DNA of 63,416 nt from a virus (lineage: Duplodnaviria; Caudoviricetes), in IMG/VR virus record IMGVR_UViG_3300032265_001108, positions 1 through 63,416 of that record; one strand, written 5' to 3'. The notes under the pieces were generated by a model. That model saw nothing but the letters and a program-made list of their open reading frames with translations, did no database searches and was not told where the DNA came from. The translations under genes and the position numbers were made by a program. Positions within the stretch are counted from its first letter, which is position 1, and every line of letters begins with the position of its first letter. Shown here in pieces: positions 8,936 through 18,272 of this stretch.

Positions 8936-9538
8936 ATGGCTATCAAACATATTGGAAAGATGAAAAACAATAGTGCGAGGGTAGTTATTGCCTATCGCAC
9001 ATTGCCAGGTGATTCAAATAGTGCATTGGTAGTCGGAACCCAAGGTCTCCCTGATGCATATCATGATTCATTGATGGCACTAGTACAAGAGGAAACAGGA
9101 CAACAGGCTAATGAACTAGCCGATGTCCTGGCTGTACGCAGATTCCCAGACGGTAGTAATATGCTAGAGTTTTTACATACTCGTGGGCATCTTAAGAAAG
9201 TTCCTACCAACTTGGTTTTAATGACTCCCACTACACAGCAGAGTATTCAATTGGATGAGTTGAATAAGATTATTGCTGACCAAAAAGGTCTGACTGTTGA
9301 CGATTTAGCAGTTACTGATGGTTCAAAACCTAATCCTAAAACTCCTGCACCAAAAGTTGAAGTTACAGCAGAAGCAGAAGCTCAAGCTAAGGATTTATTA
9401 GAGACAATGACTCCTACAGAGCTCCGTTCAAAAGCAGATGCATTGTTTAAGCAGGCTCAACAACTTCGTAAGAAGGCAGATGAACTTGATCCTCCAAAGA
9501 GCAAGAAGAAAAAAGAAGTAACAGCAGAAGTTGAATAA
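8936..9538 (+). CDS. Hypothetical protein
   Basis: 200-aa ORF with AAGGAG SD. Confidence 0.75.
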   Translation: MAIKHIGKMKNNSARVVIAYRTLPGDSNSALVVGTQGLPDAYHDSLMALVQEETGQQANELADVLAVRRFPDGSNMLEFLHTRGHLKKVPTNLVLMTPTTQQSIQLDELNKIIADQKGLTVDDLAVTDGSKPNPKTPAPKVEVTAEAEAQAKDLLETMTPTELRSKADALFKQAQQLRKKADELDPPKSKKKKEVTAEVE

Positions 9539-10419
9539 TGCATCCAGAGCAAGCATACCTTAACGCATTAAAAGATATTTTAGATAACGGCGACGATCGT
9601 CCTGATCGTACAGGCATAGGCACACGCGGTATCTTCGGTCTCCAAATGCGTTTTGATTTAACAGAAGGCTTTCCAGCAGTTACTACAAAGAAACTGGCCT
9701 GGAAAGCAGTTGTTAGCGAATTACTTTGGTTTATAGAAGGTAGCGGTGACGAAAATCGTTTAAAAGAAATCTTATACGGCAATCGTTATTCAGATAAAAA
9801 AACTATTTGGTCTGATAATGCTACTGCGCCTTACTGGGTGCAAAAGAGACTACAGCGCCACCCCGGCGATCTAGGTCGAGTATATGGTGTACAATGGCGT
9901 AGGTGGCGTAAGCCCTTAGTTCGTGTCAACAAGGTTGTACTTCAAAATCACGATCAGTTATTAGAACTGATTGCAGGCATCAAGGAAGATCCTTATAGCC
10001 GTAGACACATTATTACAGCATGGAATCCCGGTGAACTTGATTTAATGGCGCTTCCACCATGTCATATGATGGCACAGTTTTATGTTGCCAATGGTAAATT
10101 AAGTTGCCAGATGTATCAGCGGTCAGCAGATATGTTTCTTGGAGTGCCATTTAACATTGCATCATATGCATTATTCACACATATGATTGCACAAGTATGC
10201 AATTTAGAAGTTGGCAATTTGATTATCACTGTCGGCGATGCCCACATCTATAACAATCACTTTGATCAAGTGAAAGAACAACTAGGCCGTAAGCCGTTAG
10301 CATTACCTAGTTTAAAATTAAATCCAGATATTTCTGTTATCACAGAATTCGAAATGGAAGATATAGGATTAGAAGGCTACGAAAGCCACGAAGCTATTAA
10401 AGCGCCAATGGCAGTTTAG
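9538..10419 (+). CDS. thyA: Thymidylate synthase
   Basis: DRTG.GT, ELLWF, YG.QWR, MALPPCH, YQRSADMFLGVPFNIASY, GDAHIY. Confidence 0.95.
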   Translation: MHPEQAYLNALKDILDNGDDRPDRTGIGTRGIFGLQMRFDLTEGFPAVTTKKLAWKAVVSELLWFIEGSGDENRLKEILYGNRYSDKKTIWSDNATAPYWVQKRLQRHPGDLGRVYGVQWRRWRKPLVRVNKVVLQNHDQLLELIAGIKEDPYSRRHIITAWNPGELDLMALPPCHMMAQFYVANGKLSCQMYQRSADMFLGVPFNIASYALFTHMIAQVCNLEVGNLIITVGDAHIYNNHFDQVKEQLGRKPLALPSLKLNPDISVITEFEMEDIGLEGYESHEAIKAPMAV

Positions 10420-11648
10420 ACTACCAATACTTCAACTACACCAAAGCCCCCGGATTGATTTCCTAGGGCTTTTCCTATTATTGCTCCACCAAATACACTA
10501 TTAGCGGCGATTCCGTACCCGGCTGTACTACTAGTTACGATTAGGTCGCCCTTCTTAACATAGCCCTGAACCTTGCATGGAACTCGTCCTTTTAAGGCAA
10601 TATAGGGGTGAGTTTCGTCGGATCCTGCCTCGGAATTCATCATATAGGCTGGGTTTTTAGATACTATACCCGCTACCCTTGTATCAGCAAATTGTGTTGT
10701 AACTGTAACTTCTTTTTCTCCGCCGATTACTAAAACGGTTCCTACTTCGTACACAGCATCTGCTTCATATCGTTCAGCTAGGTCAGCATATTTGGCAGCA
10801 CTTGCGGCTCCAGAAAATACAATCGATGACGATCCCATTGTGTTAGTACTAGGATTAAAAGATAAATCGCTGTCAGCTGATATAACACTACTATTCCCGT
10901 ATGTGCTTGATAATGCCAAATAATATGTTGCGTTAACAGTAGTAGCATTAGTAATTGCAACTGATGAGGCAGTAGTAGCATTGGTTGCTAGTAACGAATG
11001 GGCCGCTGTTCCCCAAACCATATATCCCGAGCTTGTCGAACTCGCAGAAATTCCTGTTGCCGCATCGGCATTAGCAATAGTCAATCCTTGTTGTATAACA
11101 GGGAATGTTGAATGTAGAGTCGATAGCGTAGGATCAGTATTAAAATCTGAATTGGATAAGACTGCAACAGTGCTATTTCCAATTACACCTTTAAGAATAG
11201 GAACAGGTAGATCGATACCTTGTCCTGGTTCTCTGACTGCTTGCCAGTTGGCAACACCAGACTGCTGTGGTCCAATAATAGTATACTGAGAACCATCAAA
11301 AGCATATAACTGTTTATTGATACTGTCCCACCATAGTGTTCCCTCATTTGTAACTGTAGGAGCAGTCGAGTTAACACTTAGGCTGGCCAAACCTATAAAG
11401 TTTTTACCATCGTAGTTTAAATTAAGTTGGTGTGTACTGTTATTAAACCAAAGTTGTCCTTGGATCGGTTTAGTAGGGGCTGTAGAACTAGCAAAATTTT
11501 CTAATAGATAAAGAAAGTTTTGATCAATCGGTTGCCCATATCCTGAATAGTTTCTACCTACAAAGGTTAAATTCGTAGTAATATCTAACGATGCATCGTT
11601 AACTGTGGTTAAAGTTACTCCATTAGTTTTCTTTAAAATATAAGGCAT
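10416..11648 (-). CDS. Tail fibre/baseplate appendage paralog 4, with C-terminal intramolecular chaperone-like domain
   Basis: Shared N-terminal GRNYSGYG...NFLYLLENFA...GQLWF; C-terminal YADLAERY...IALKGRVP domain. Confidence 0.75.
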   Translation of the reverse strand: MPYILKKTNGVTLTTVNDASLDITTNLTFVGRNYSGYGQPIDQNFLYLLENFASSTAPTKPIQGQLWFNNSTHQLNLNYDGKNFIGLASLSVNSTAPTVTNEGTLWWDSINKQLYAFDGSQYTIIGPQQSGVANWQAVREPGQGIDLPVPILKGVIGNSTVAVLSNSDFNTDPTLSTLHSTFPVIQQGLTIANADAATGISASSTSSGYMVWGTAAHSLLATNATTASSVAITNATTVNATYYLALSSTYGNSSVISADSDLSFNPSTNTMGSSSIVFSGAASAAKYADLAERYEADAVYEVGTVLVIGGEKEVTVTTQFADTRVAGIVSKNPAYMMNSEAGSDETHPYIALKGRVPCKVQGYVKKGDLIVTSSTAGYGIAANSVFGGAIIGKALGNQSGGFGVVEVLVV

Positions 11649-11668
11649 AGTTTACTCTTTTAAAATAT

Positions 11669-12685
11669 TTATAGGACAACTGCTTCAATCACAGTCTTGC
11701 TTCCATCACTGTCTTCTAGAGCAACTGCAAAAGCGATTCCATCATTGATCCACATGTTTTGTGCAGTACCGTTATTACCAGCGGCTAATAGGTCACCTTT
11801 AGCCAGTACTCCTTGTACTCTTACTGGCACACGGCCTTTTAGAGCAATATAGGTCCCGCCCTCTAGGTCACTGTTCATCATATAACCTGGCTTGCCGCTG
11901 ACTACACCGATGGGTCTATCTCCAATCTGACATTGCGTAACTTCTTTGTCGCCGCCAACTGATACTACTGTGCCAACTGGATAATCTTCATCAGACAGAT
12001 ATTTTTCTGCTAAATCAGCGTAGACTGTAGAAGATGCTTGTCCATGCCCTACTTTATACCAAATATCACCAACGCTATCTCTAGCTACCACTTTATAAGG
12101 TGTAGCAGTGTTTACAACACCTGTATCAACTGACCATGTAGTAGCGTTTGACCCGTTAAAGGCAGCACCCAGAATATACGATCCCGTTGATATAGAATTA
12201 GTTAATGTTGAAGTCACAGTAATATCAGTAGTGCCGTCAAATGGTACACCATTGATATTAGCTGATCTTGCCAATCGTTGTGCAGTAGTTGCCGCAGAAT
12301 TCGGTCCGATTAAAATATAGCCATTGGCAGTTTTAACTTTTAATTGATCGTTTGTGCTATCATACCAAAAGTCGCCATTAGTTTGATTCGTGGCAGTAGA
12401 ATTATATATTACAGTAGGAACCTGATTCCAAACAGAATTAGTGTCATACAATCTTAATCTGTTGGCAGTTGCATCAAACCAAAGTTGTCCAGCCATAGCA
12501 TTGGCAGGAGGTTGATTGTTGTTAAAGTGTTCTAGTAACCAAAGAAAATTTTCATTCTGAACTGTACCATAGTTAGAAACATTCTTTCCAATGAAGCTGA
12601 TACTAGCATGTGTATTATCAACTACACCATCTACTAGTTCAACTAGTAGAGTTACTTTATCACTTTTATATAAATCGTATGCCAT
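11669..12685 (-). CDS. Tail fibre/baseplate appendage paralog 3, with C-terminal intramolecular chaperone-like domain
   Basis: Same N-terminal module; ARSANINGVPFDGTTDI fibre repeat; YADLAEKY...IALKGRVP. Confidence 0.75.
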   Translation of the reverse strand: MAYDLYKSDKVTLLVELVDGVVDNTHASISFIGKNVSNYGTVQNENFLWLLEHFNNNQPPANAMAGQLWFDATANRLRLYDTNSVWNQVPTVIYNSTATNQTNGDFWYDSTNDQLKVKTANGYILIGPNSAATTAQRLARSANINGVPFDGTTDITVTSTLTNSISTGSYILGAAFNGSNATTWSVDTGVVNTATPYKVVARDSVGDIWYKVGHGQASSTVYADLAEKYLSDEDYPVGTVVSVGGDKEVTQCQIGDRPIGVVSGKPGYMMNSDLEGGTYIALKGRVPVRVQGVLAKGDLLAAGNNGTAQNMWINDGIAFAVALEDSDGSKTVIEAVVL

Positions 12686-12694
12686 GTGCTATCC

Positions 12695-13663
12695 TTAAGA
12701 TACTAAATTTTGTACCGGTCCGGAAGCACCAGTTGGTAATATGCTCCATACAGGATTCAATCCGGTTGGTTTAATAATTACAAATCTACGAACTTGATAG
12801 CCCGGGCTAGGCAAGCTGTAGTTACAAAGCACTCTGCATTCTGCTCCAACAGGTAGCCCTGATTCTTTGACTAGGGTCACAGCAGTACTGCCGCTCGGTG
12901 GGAACATTTTAGTTAAAATACTGAGTATTGCAGGATTTTGATTTGTATCAACTTGTGTCTTGTTACTTACATCAACATTCTGCCCGTTTAGCAATTTATC
13001 AATATCAATGTTAACTGACAGATACTTTTGCATCAGCTGTCCGGTAAAGGATATATCACCATTGATAGTTAATCCCTGTACCACTGTTGCAGTTGATGTA
13101 GAATAATAAGTTTGAGAATCGTTTGCAGACATTACAAATGCAGTCTTGCTAATAATTCCTACAGGATAATTATAATCATACATTACAGTTACCTGCTGGG
13201 AATTACTATACTGATCTTTGATAGGAGCAGAAGTAGGCGGAACTACCCAACCATTTTTTCCTAGTGTGCTAGAAAACTGAGGTCCTATAACTGTTGCTGT
13301 GTTATTTGAATATATATTAAGTTGTGCATTTGTAGTATCGTACCACAGATCGCCTACCGTTAGATTAACTGGCTGGGTAGCAGAAACTATAGCACCACTA
13401 ATCGACTTAAATCCGTTGTCGTAGACATTTAATTTCTTAGCAGTAGTATCATACCATAGTTGACCTTTCAACGGACTGCGGGGAGGGCTTCCGGCGGTGT
13501 TAGCAAAATTTGATAACATCTGCACAAGGTTTTCATTGTAGTACTGTCCATACCCGTTCGTATTTTTACCTATTAGGGTAACACTGGTTGCAATTTGATC
13601 AACAGTACCATCTGGTATTTGAACTAGAGTTGTGCCGTTAGTGTTTAAAATTGTATATGCCAT
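12695..13663 (-). CDS. Tail fibre/baseplate appendage paralog 2
   Basis: GKNTNGYG...ENLVQMLSNFA...GQLWYDT N-terminal module. Confidence 0.7.
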   Translation of the reverse strand: MAYTILNTNGTTLVQIPDGTVDQIATSVTLIGKNTNGYGQYYNENLVQMLSNFANTAGSPPRSPLKGQLWYDTTAKKLNVYDNGFKSISGAIVSATQPVNLTVGDLWYDTTNAQLNIYSNNTATVIGPQFSSTLGKNGWVVPPTSAPIKDQYSNSQQVTVMYDYNYPVGIISKTAFVMSANDSQTYYSTSTATVVQGLTINGDISFTGQLMQKYLSVNIDIDKLLNGQNVDVSNKTQVDTNQNPAILSILTKMFPPSGSTAVTLVKESGLPVGAECRVLCNYSLPSPGYQVRRFVIIKPTGLNPVWSILPTGASGPVQNLVS

Positions 13664-13664
13664 A

Positions 13665-15152
13665 TTATATCTTAATTATATAGTAGGTTGCTGTAGTTCC
13701 GCCTGGAATGGGTGAAGATACTGCTAGATTAGGAAGATACATCGCTTCTCCATTATTCCATTTCCCGTACTGATATCCGATCACAGAGAATAATCCTACA
13801 TAGGTAGAAGTAGTAGCAGTAGTACCGTCACAAACTTTCCAACCAGAAGGAATTTTGTTAGTAGAAGTAGACCCTGCCCATAATTGTAAGGTGCCGGAAG
13901 CAGAGTTATAGTTAGATGCATAAACTGTTTGAGCATAAACTGTTCTAAACGGGTTTGAAGATGAGCCAACATCGTATGTTCCTGTAGTAGCAGGGACAAT
14001 AGCAGTTCCGCTACCTACCGGTGTTCCCACAGTTAGTGTTCCTGATACTGTAGATACCCCTGCAACTGCAAAATTTTGTTTAACTAATGAATTGCCAGAT
14101 ACTGTTATATTGTTAATAGCGACAATATTTGTTGCTGTTAAAATACCAACAACTGTTGTTCCACTATTAACTGTTAGGCTTGTTGCTACTGTTACCTGTT
14201 GACTGCCAACTGTAACTATTCCAGAATTACCAATTCTAAGAACAATATTCCCTGTAGCTCTGTTATTAGCAATAACCGCAGAATTTAAACCAGCGGTAGT
14301 TATATCTTTATAAAACTGAATGTATTCAGAATAAGGCTGTCCTGCAACATTAATAACTATACCGTCTCTATTGGCCGCACCAGCTTGGTTACTGGGAGTG
14401 CTAAAATATAAACTACCAGTTATAGTTTGCCCATGGATTGTCGAATCATCTTTTCTTAAGAAATTATCAGAAGGAATAACTGCACCAGAACTCAATGCTA
14501 ACTGTTGTGCTCTATCAACTAGTCCTGTAATTTTACTGGTCGAATTTAAAGTTATTCCAACTTGTACAGAACTAAACCCTGCAATCACTGGATTAGGAGT
14601 AAATGCAGTATCTGATATGATCGATACAATAGTGCCATTAGATTTATTTAAAATTACATTGTAAGGGCCTCCAGTTGCGGCAGGGACACTAGCAACAACT
14701 GCACCAGTATTAGTAGATGTCGAAGGACCGACTGTAGACCAATTGCCAGCTGAATAAATTTTTAACTGATTGTTAACTGTATCTACCCAAATGTCTCCAG
14801 CCTTTAAACTTACAGTATTAGTAGACTTAGGATCAACACCTTGTTGATAAATCCCATTGGCACTAGGCCAACGAGCCGCAGTAGCCGACCCGTCCATTAT
14901 CCTTAATTTTTTATTTAGAGGATCGCTAGTGTCATACCATAATTGACCTTCGATGGGATTTTGCGGAGGAATAGGACCAGCAAAGTTCTCTAAAAGATTT
15001 AGAAAGTTTTGAGCAGTTGCTTGACCATAATTTGGATAACCTTTGCCGATAAGGCTTAGACTAGTATCAGCTGTATTAATACCCGGAGGCATATCCGGTA
15101 CTATTACACCTGTAGTCTTAGTCGGATCTGAATATTTTAGGTTATAGGTCAT
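13665..15152 (-). CDS. Tail fibre/baseplate appendage paralog 1, with tail-collar domain
   Basis: Same N-terminal module; C-terminal IPSGWKVCDG...Y..LFSVIG..YG...LPNL collar motif. Confidence 0.75.
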   Translation of the reverse strand: MTYNLKYSDPTKTTGVIVPDMPPGINTADTSLSLIGKGYPNYGQATAQNFLNLLENFAGPIPPQNPIEGQLWYDTSDPLNKKLRIMDGSATAARWPSANGIYQQGVDPKSTNTVSLKAGDIWVDTVNNQLKIYSAGNWSTVGPSTSTNTGAVVASVPAATGGPYNVILNKSNGTIVSIISDTAFTPNPVIAGFSSVQVGITLNSTSKITGLVDRAQQLALSSGAVIPSDNFLRKDDSTIHGQTITGSLYFSTPSNQAGAANRDGIVINVAGQPYSEYIQFYKDITTAGLNSAVIANNRATGNIVLRIGNSGIVTVGSQQVTVATSLTVNSGTTVVGILTATNIVAINNITVSGNSLVKQNFAVAGVSTVSGTLTVGTPVGSGTAIVPATTGTYDVGSSSNPFRTVYAQTVYASNYNSASGTLQLWAGSTSTNKIPSGWKVCDGTTATTSTYVGLFSVIGYQYGKWNNGEAMYLPNLAVSSPIPGGTTATYYIIKI

Positions 15153-15154
15153 GA

Positions 15155-15784
15155 TTAAATTCCGCTAGTAAGACTCTGTATTCTTACGGTGTAGTCAATC
15201 TGTATCATACGGTTTAATGATTTCTGTACAGGGTGGAAAATAACATGGGTCAATAAATCTCCCATGCCCTGCCCATCGGGTGTGTATGCTCTAAGACCTA
15301 ATTCATCAAACACAAAAACACCATCACTGTTTGTAGCATTATCAAACGCCTGTTGCCCGGATGGCTCACCGAAGTCTAACAAGCAACTGACTAAAATATC
15401 TGAATAAGGTGCACCAGATACATGGCGAACTTCCATGTAATTTCTAGCAGGATCTAGGTCCGCATTGCTATGTGCATCGATATTTTTAAAGTAGGTTTGA
15501 TTGTACAAATTAGCATTAGTCCCAATGACATTAGGTGTTAAGTATGTGATAATACCAGTTTGATCAACACGAGTACCGCCGTTGCCAAAGCTCATTTCAG
15601 CAATAGTCCCATATCCTTGATTGCTCAAACTACGAGCTAGTGCTAATGAAAAGTTTTCATAATGAATAGCATTACGCTTATCAATAAAAACTTCTTTGGT
15701 TTCTGGATCAAAGATCTTGATATGCCCTTGAATCCGTAAAGAGCCCATTTCGTTTGGCTTAGATGTCGATGTTGAATTGTTCAT
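15155..15784 (-). CDS. Putative virion/baseplate structural protein
   Basis: 209-aa ORF in the tail block; FDELGL...THVIFHPVQKS...IDYTVRI; TATAAATA immediately upstream. Confidence 0.65.
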   Translation of the reverse strand: MNNSTSTSKPNEMGSLRIQGHIKIFDPETKEVFIDKRNAIHYENFSLALARSLSNQGYGTIAEMSFGNGGTRVDQTGIITYLTPNVIGTNANLYNQTYFKNIDAHSNADLDPARNYMEVRHVSGAPYSDILVSCLLDFGEPSGQQAFDNATNSDGVFVFDELGLRAYTPDGQGMGDLLTHVIFHPVQKSLNRMIQIDYTVRIQSLTSGI

Positions 15785-15808
15785 AGTAGTGTATTTATAC
15801 TGGGTAAA

Positions 15809-18271
15809 TTATGGTATTGCCATATTGTTGTTTTGTGTAGACTGAGCCCCAGTTAGAGATATTGAGCCTTTAACCATGTTATTTCCTATCAAAGTGTAGT
15901 TAGCACCACTACTTTCTACGATTGAAAATGCCGATCCACTACTCTGTAGTATATTGCCCACTATCAAATGCTTGCTGGCACCAGATTGTAGGTCAATGTC
16001 CACATTAGTGTTATTATTGAAATTACAGCCACTAATAACAATATCTGTTCCTGCTGATACTAGGCCAAATGTGCTTGCAGCCACTTCACAACCAGAGAAT
16101 ACCAAGCCCTGTACTGTACTTGACACAATGCTTACACCAGTTCCGCCACCAGTACCGCTGGCAAATTCGCATCCAGAAAATTTCCAATGTTGGCAAGCAC
16201 CTGTAGCATATAAACTATTACCACTGCTAGGATCAGTTGTAAAACTACAACCACTTACTATTCCCCAATTTACTGTATCCAAATACAATCCATAGGTTTG
16301 TCCGTTAGTGGTACAGCCCACTAGTCTAGTACCTTCGTCAAAAGCATTGGCATTATCGGTAGCATTGCCTTGGATTTTAAATCCAGCGCCAGTGCCGTTT
16401 TGTACATTACAGTCTACAATATTAGTATCGGTACAGACATTAATGTAGATACCATTTACAACAGACTGGGCCGCTATATTATTCAAGAAATTGTTAGCAG
16501 AATATGCTAGGTATGTTCCTGTGTTAAATGCGCCATTTAAACTAACATTGTTTATTTTTACAGCGTTTAATCTGTGACTTGTATCTGATCCTTGTAATGC
16601 TATACCTGTACAGTTAGTTTTTCCGTTAGTACTTAAGGTTAAATTCTCTATGACAAAATTACTGGCATAGGCAGCTGAATTGTTAAGGTAAGATATTAAA
16701 GTCATCGAGTTGTTGCCAGCAGTTAATGTAACACTGTTAGTTCCAACACCTTTTAATTCTACACCTGGCTTCATAGTCAACCCAGTGTTTATTAAATAGG
16801 TTCCTGGAGGAAATAATACAACCCCAGAACTTAAACTATTGATGGCACTTTGTATAGCAGAGGAAGAATCGCTAGCACCTGTGGCATCAGCGCCGTAATT
16901 AATAATATTCACGGTGTTAGTATACAGAGGCCCAGTTGGCCCCGTAGCACCCTGTGGTCCAGTTGGCCCTGTAGCACCACTTGGTCCTTGTGGTCCAGTT
17001 GCACCCTGTGGTCCAGTTGCACCCTGTGGTCCAGTTGGCCCTGTAGCACCACTCGGTCCCGTAGCACCACTCGGTCCTTGTGGGCCAGTTGGCCCCGCTA
17101 CAGTGCTTGCTGGTCCTTGAGGTCCAGAAGCTCCTGTAGGGCCAGCAACACCTGTTGGTCCTGTTGGTCCAATAATACTTGCACCAGTTGGTCCCGCAAC
17201 ACCAGTTGGTCCTTGAGGTCCAATTGCACCTTGTGGTCCAGTTGGTCCCGCAACACCAGTCGGTCCTTGAGGCCCGCCTGCTGGCCCGCTTGGTCCAGTC
17301 GGTCCATTAATACCGCTTGGTCCAGTTGGTCCTTGAGGCCCGCCTGCTGGTCCGGTTGGCCCTGCAACACCTTGAGGCCCGGTCGGTCCTACAGTGCCTT
17401 GCGGACCAGCAACACCAGTTGGTCCTGTTGGTCCTGTGAACCCTGTGAACCCAATTACTCCTTGTGGACCGCTAGGTCCTTGTGGTCCTTGTGGACCAGC
17501 TACACCCTGTGGACCTTGAGGTCCTACTGCGCCTGTCGGTCCTACTGCGCCTGTCGGTCCTACTGCGCCTGTTGGTCCTTGTGGTCCAGGATTGCCAGTG
17601 TTGCCTGTAATTCCTTGTGGGCCGGTTGGCCCGGTTGGACCGCCTGCTGGACCGCTCGGGCCCTGTGGACCAGGTACAAAACTTGCAGGACCACTCGGGC
17701 CCTGTGGACCAGCATCACCGCGCAGGCCCGGAACACCCTGCGGTCCTTGTGGACCAACAATAGACGGCCCTTGCGGTCCGGCTATACCCTGTGGACCTTG
17801 AGGTCCTACTGCACCTGTCGGTCCTTGTGGTCCGCCTGCTGGGCCAGTCGGGCCAACAATACTTAGACCGCTCGGTCCTTGTGGTCCAATAGCACCCTGG
17901 GGTCCTTGTGGGCCAGTAACACCTTGAGGGCCTACAACACTTAGGCCGCTAGGTCCTTGTGGACCTATTGCACCTTGTGGTCCTTGTGGCCCAGTAAATC
18001 CAGTAAATCCAATTGGTCCTTGTGGACCAGCAGGACCTGTCGGTCCAGGTACATTACTTACACCGCTCGGTCCTTGTGGACCCGTATTACCTGTAGCACC
18101 TGGCGCACCAGCAGGTCCTTGCGGGCCAGTTTGCCCTTTAAAAGAGGAAGTATTAAACTCATTATAAAGTTGCTGAAATGATAATCTTCTTGTTAATTGA
18201 TTATCAACAACTACAAAATATGTTTGATTAGTAGTTGTCGACAGTATAGGTAATTGGTTAATTTGTGGCAT
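15809..18271 (-). CDS. Collagen-like fibre with C-terminal pectate-lyase-like beta-helix (putative depolymerase/receptor-binding protein)
   Basis: ~400 aa of Gly-X-Y, then [25 protein letters not shown]...FPPGTY and parallel beta-helix repeats. Confidence 0.85.
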   Translation of the reverse strand: MPQINQLPILSTTTNQTYFVVVDNQLTRRLSFQQLYNEFNTSSFKGQTGPQGPAGAPGATGNTGPQGPSGVSNVPGPTGPAGPQGPIGFTGFTGPQGPQGAIGPQGPSGLSVVGPQGVTGPQGPQGAIGPQGPSGLSIVGPTGPAGGPQGPTGAVGPQGPQGIAGPQGPSIVGPQGPQGVPGLRGDAGPQGPSGPASFVPGPQGPSGPAGGPTGPTGPQGITGNTGNPGPQGPTGAVGPTGAVGPTGAVGPQGPQGVAGPQGPQGPSGPQGVIGFTGFTGPTGPTGVAGPQGTVGPTGPQGVAGPTGPAGGPQGPTGPSGINGPTGPSGPAGGPQGPTGVAGPTGPQGAIGPQGPTGVAGPTGASIIGPTGPTGVAGPTGASGPQGPASTVAGPTGPQGPSGATGPSGATGPTGPQGATGPQGATGPQGPSGATGPTGPQGATGPTGPLYTNTVNIINYGADATGASDSSSAIQSAINSLSSGVVLFPPGTYLINTGLTMKPGVELKGVGTNSVTLTAGNNSMTLISYLNNSAAYASNFVIENLTLSTNGKTNCTGIALQGSDTSHRLNAVKINNVSLNGAFNTGTYLAYSANNFLNNIAAQSVVNGIYINVCTDTNIVDCNVQNGTGAGFKIQGNATDNANAFDEGTRLVGCTTNGQTYGLYLDTVNWGIVSGCSFTTDPSSGNSLYATGACQHWKFSGCEFASGTGGGTGVSIVSSTVQGLVFSGCEVAASTFGLVSAGTDIVISGCNFNNNTNVDIDLQSGASKHLIVGNILQSSGSAFSIVESSGANYTLIGNNMVKGSISLTGAQSTQNNNMAIP
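16929..18136 (-). repeat. Collagen Gly-X-Y coding repeat ([12 protein letters not shown])
   Basis: 9-nt-period GC-rich imperfect tandem repeats. Confidence 0.9.
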
Positions 18272-18272
18272 T

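Noticed and set aside
9538-10419. ThyA as a dCMP hydroxymethylase or other modified-pyrimidine synthase
   Set aside because: It retains the dUMP-specifying Asn in GVPFNIASY and all canonical ThyA motifs.
10416-12685. Duplicated C-terminal domains as a diversity-generating retroelement template/variable repeat pair
   Set aside because: The similarity is diverged at protein level, with no near-identical DNA repeat differing only at adenines and no reverse transcriptase in the window.
16850-18181. Regular short repeats and long plus-strand ORFs that might suggest a CRISPR array or overlapping genes
   Set aside because: The 9-nt periodicity is collagen Gly-X-Y coding on the minus strand with no unique spacers. 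The plus-strand ORFs are shadows of the GC-rich repeat.
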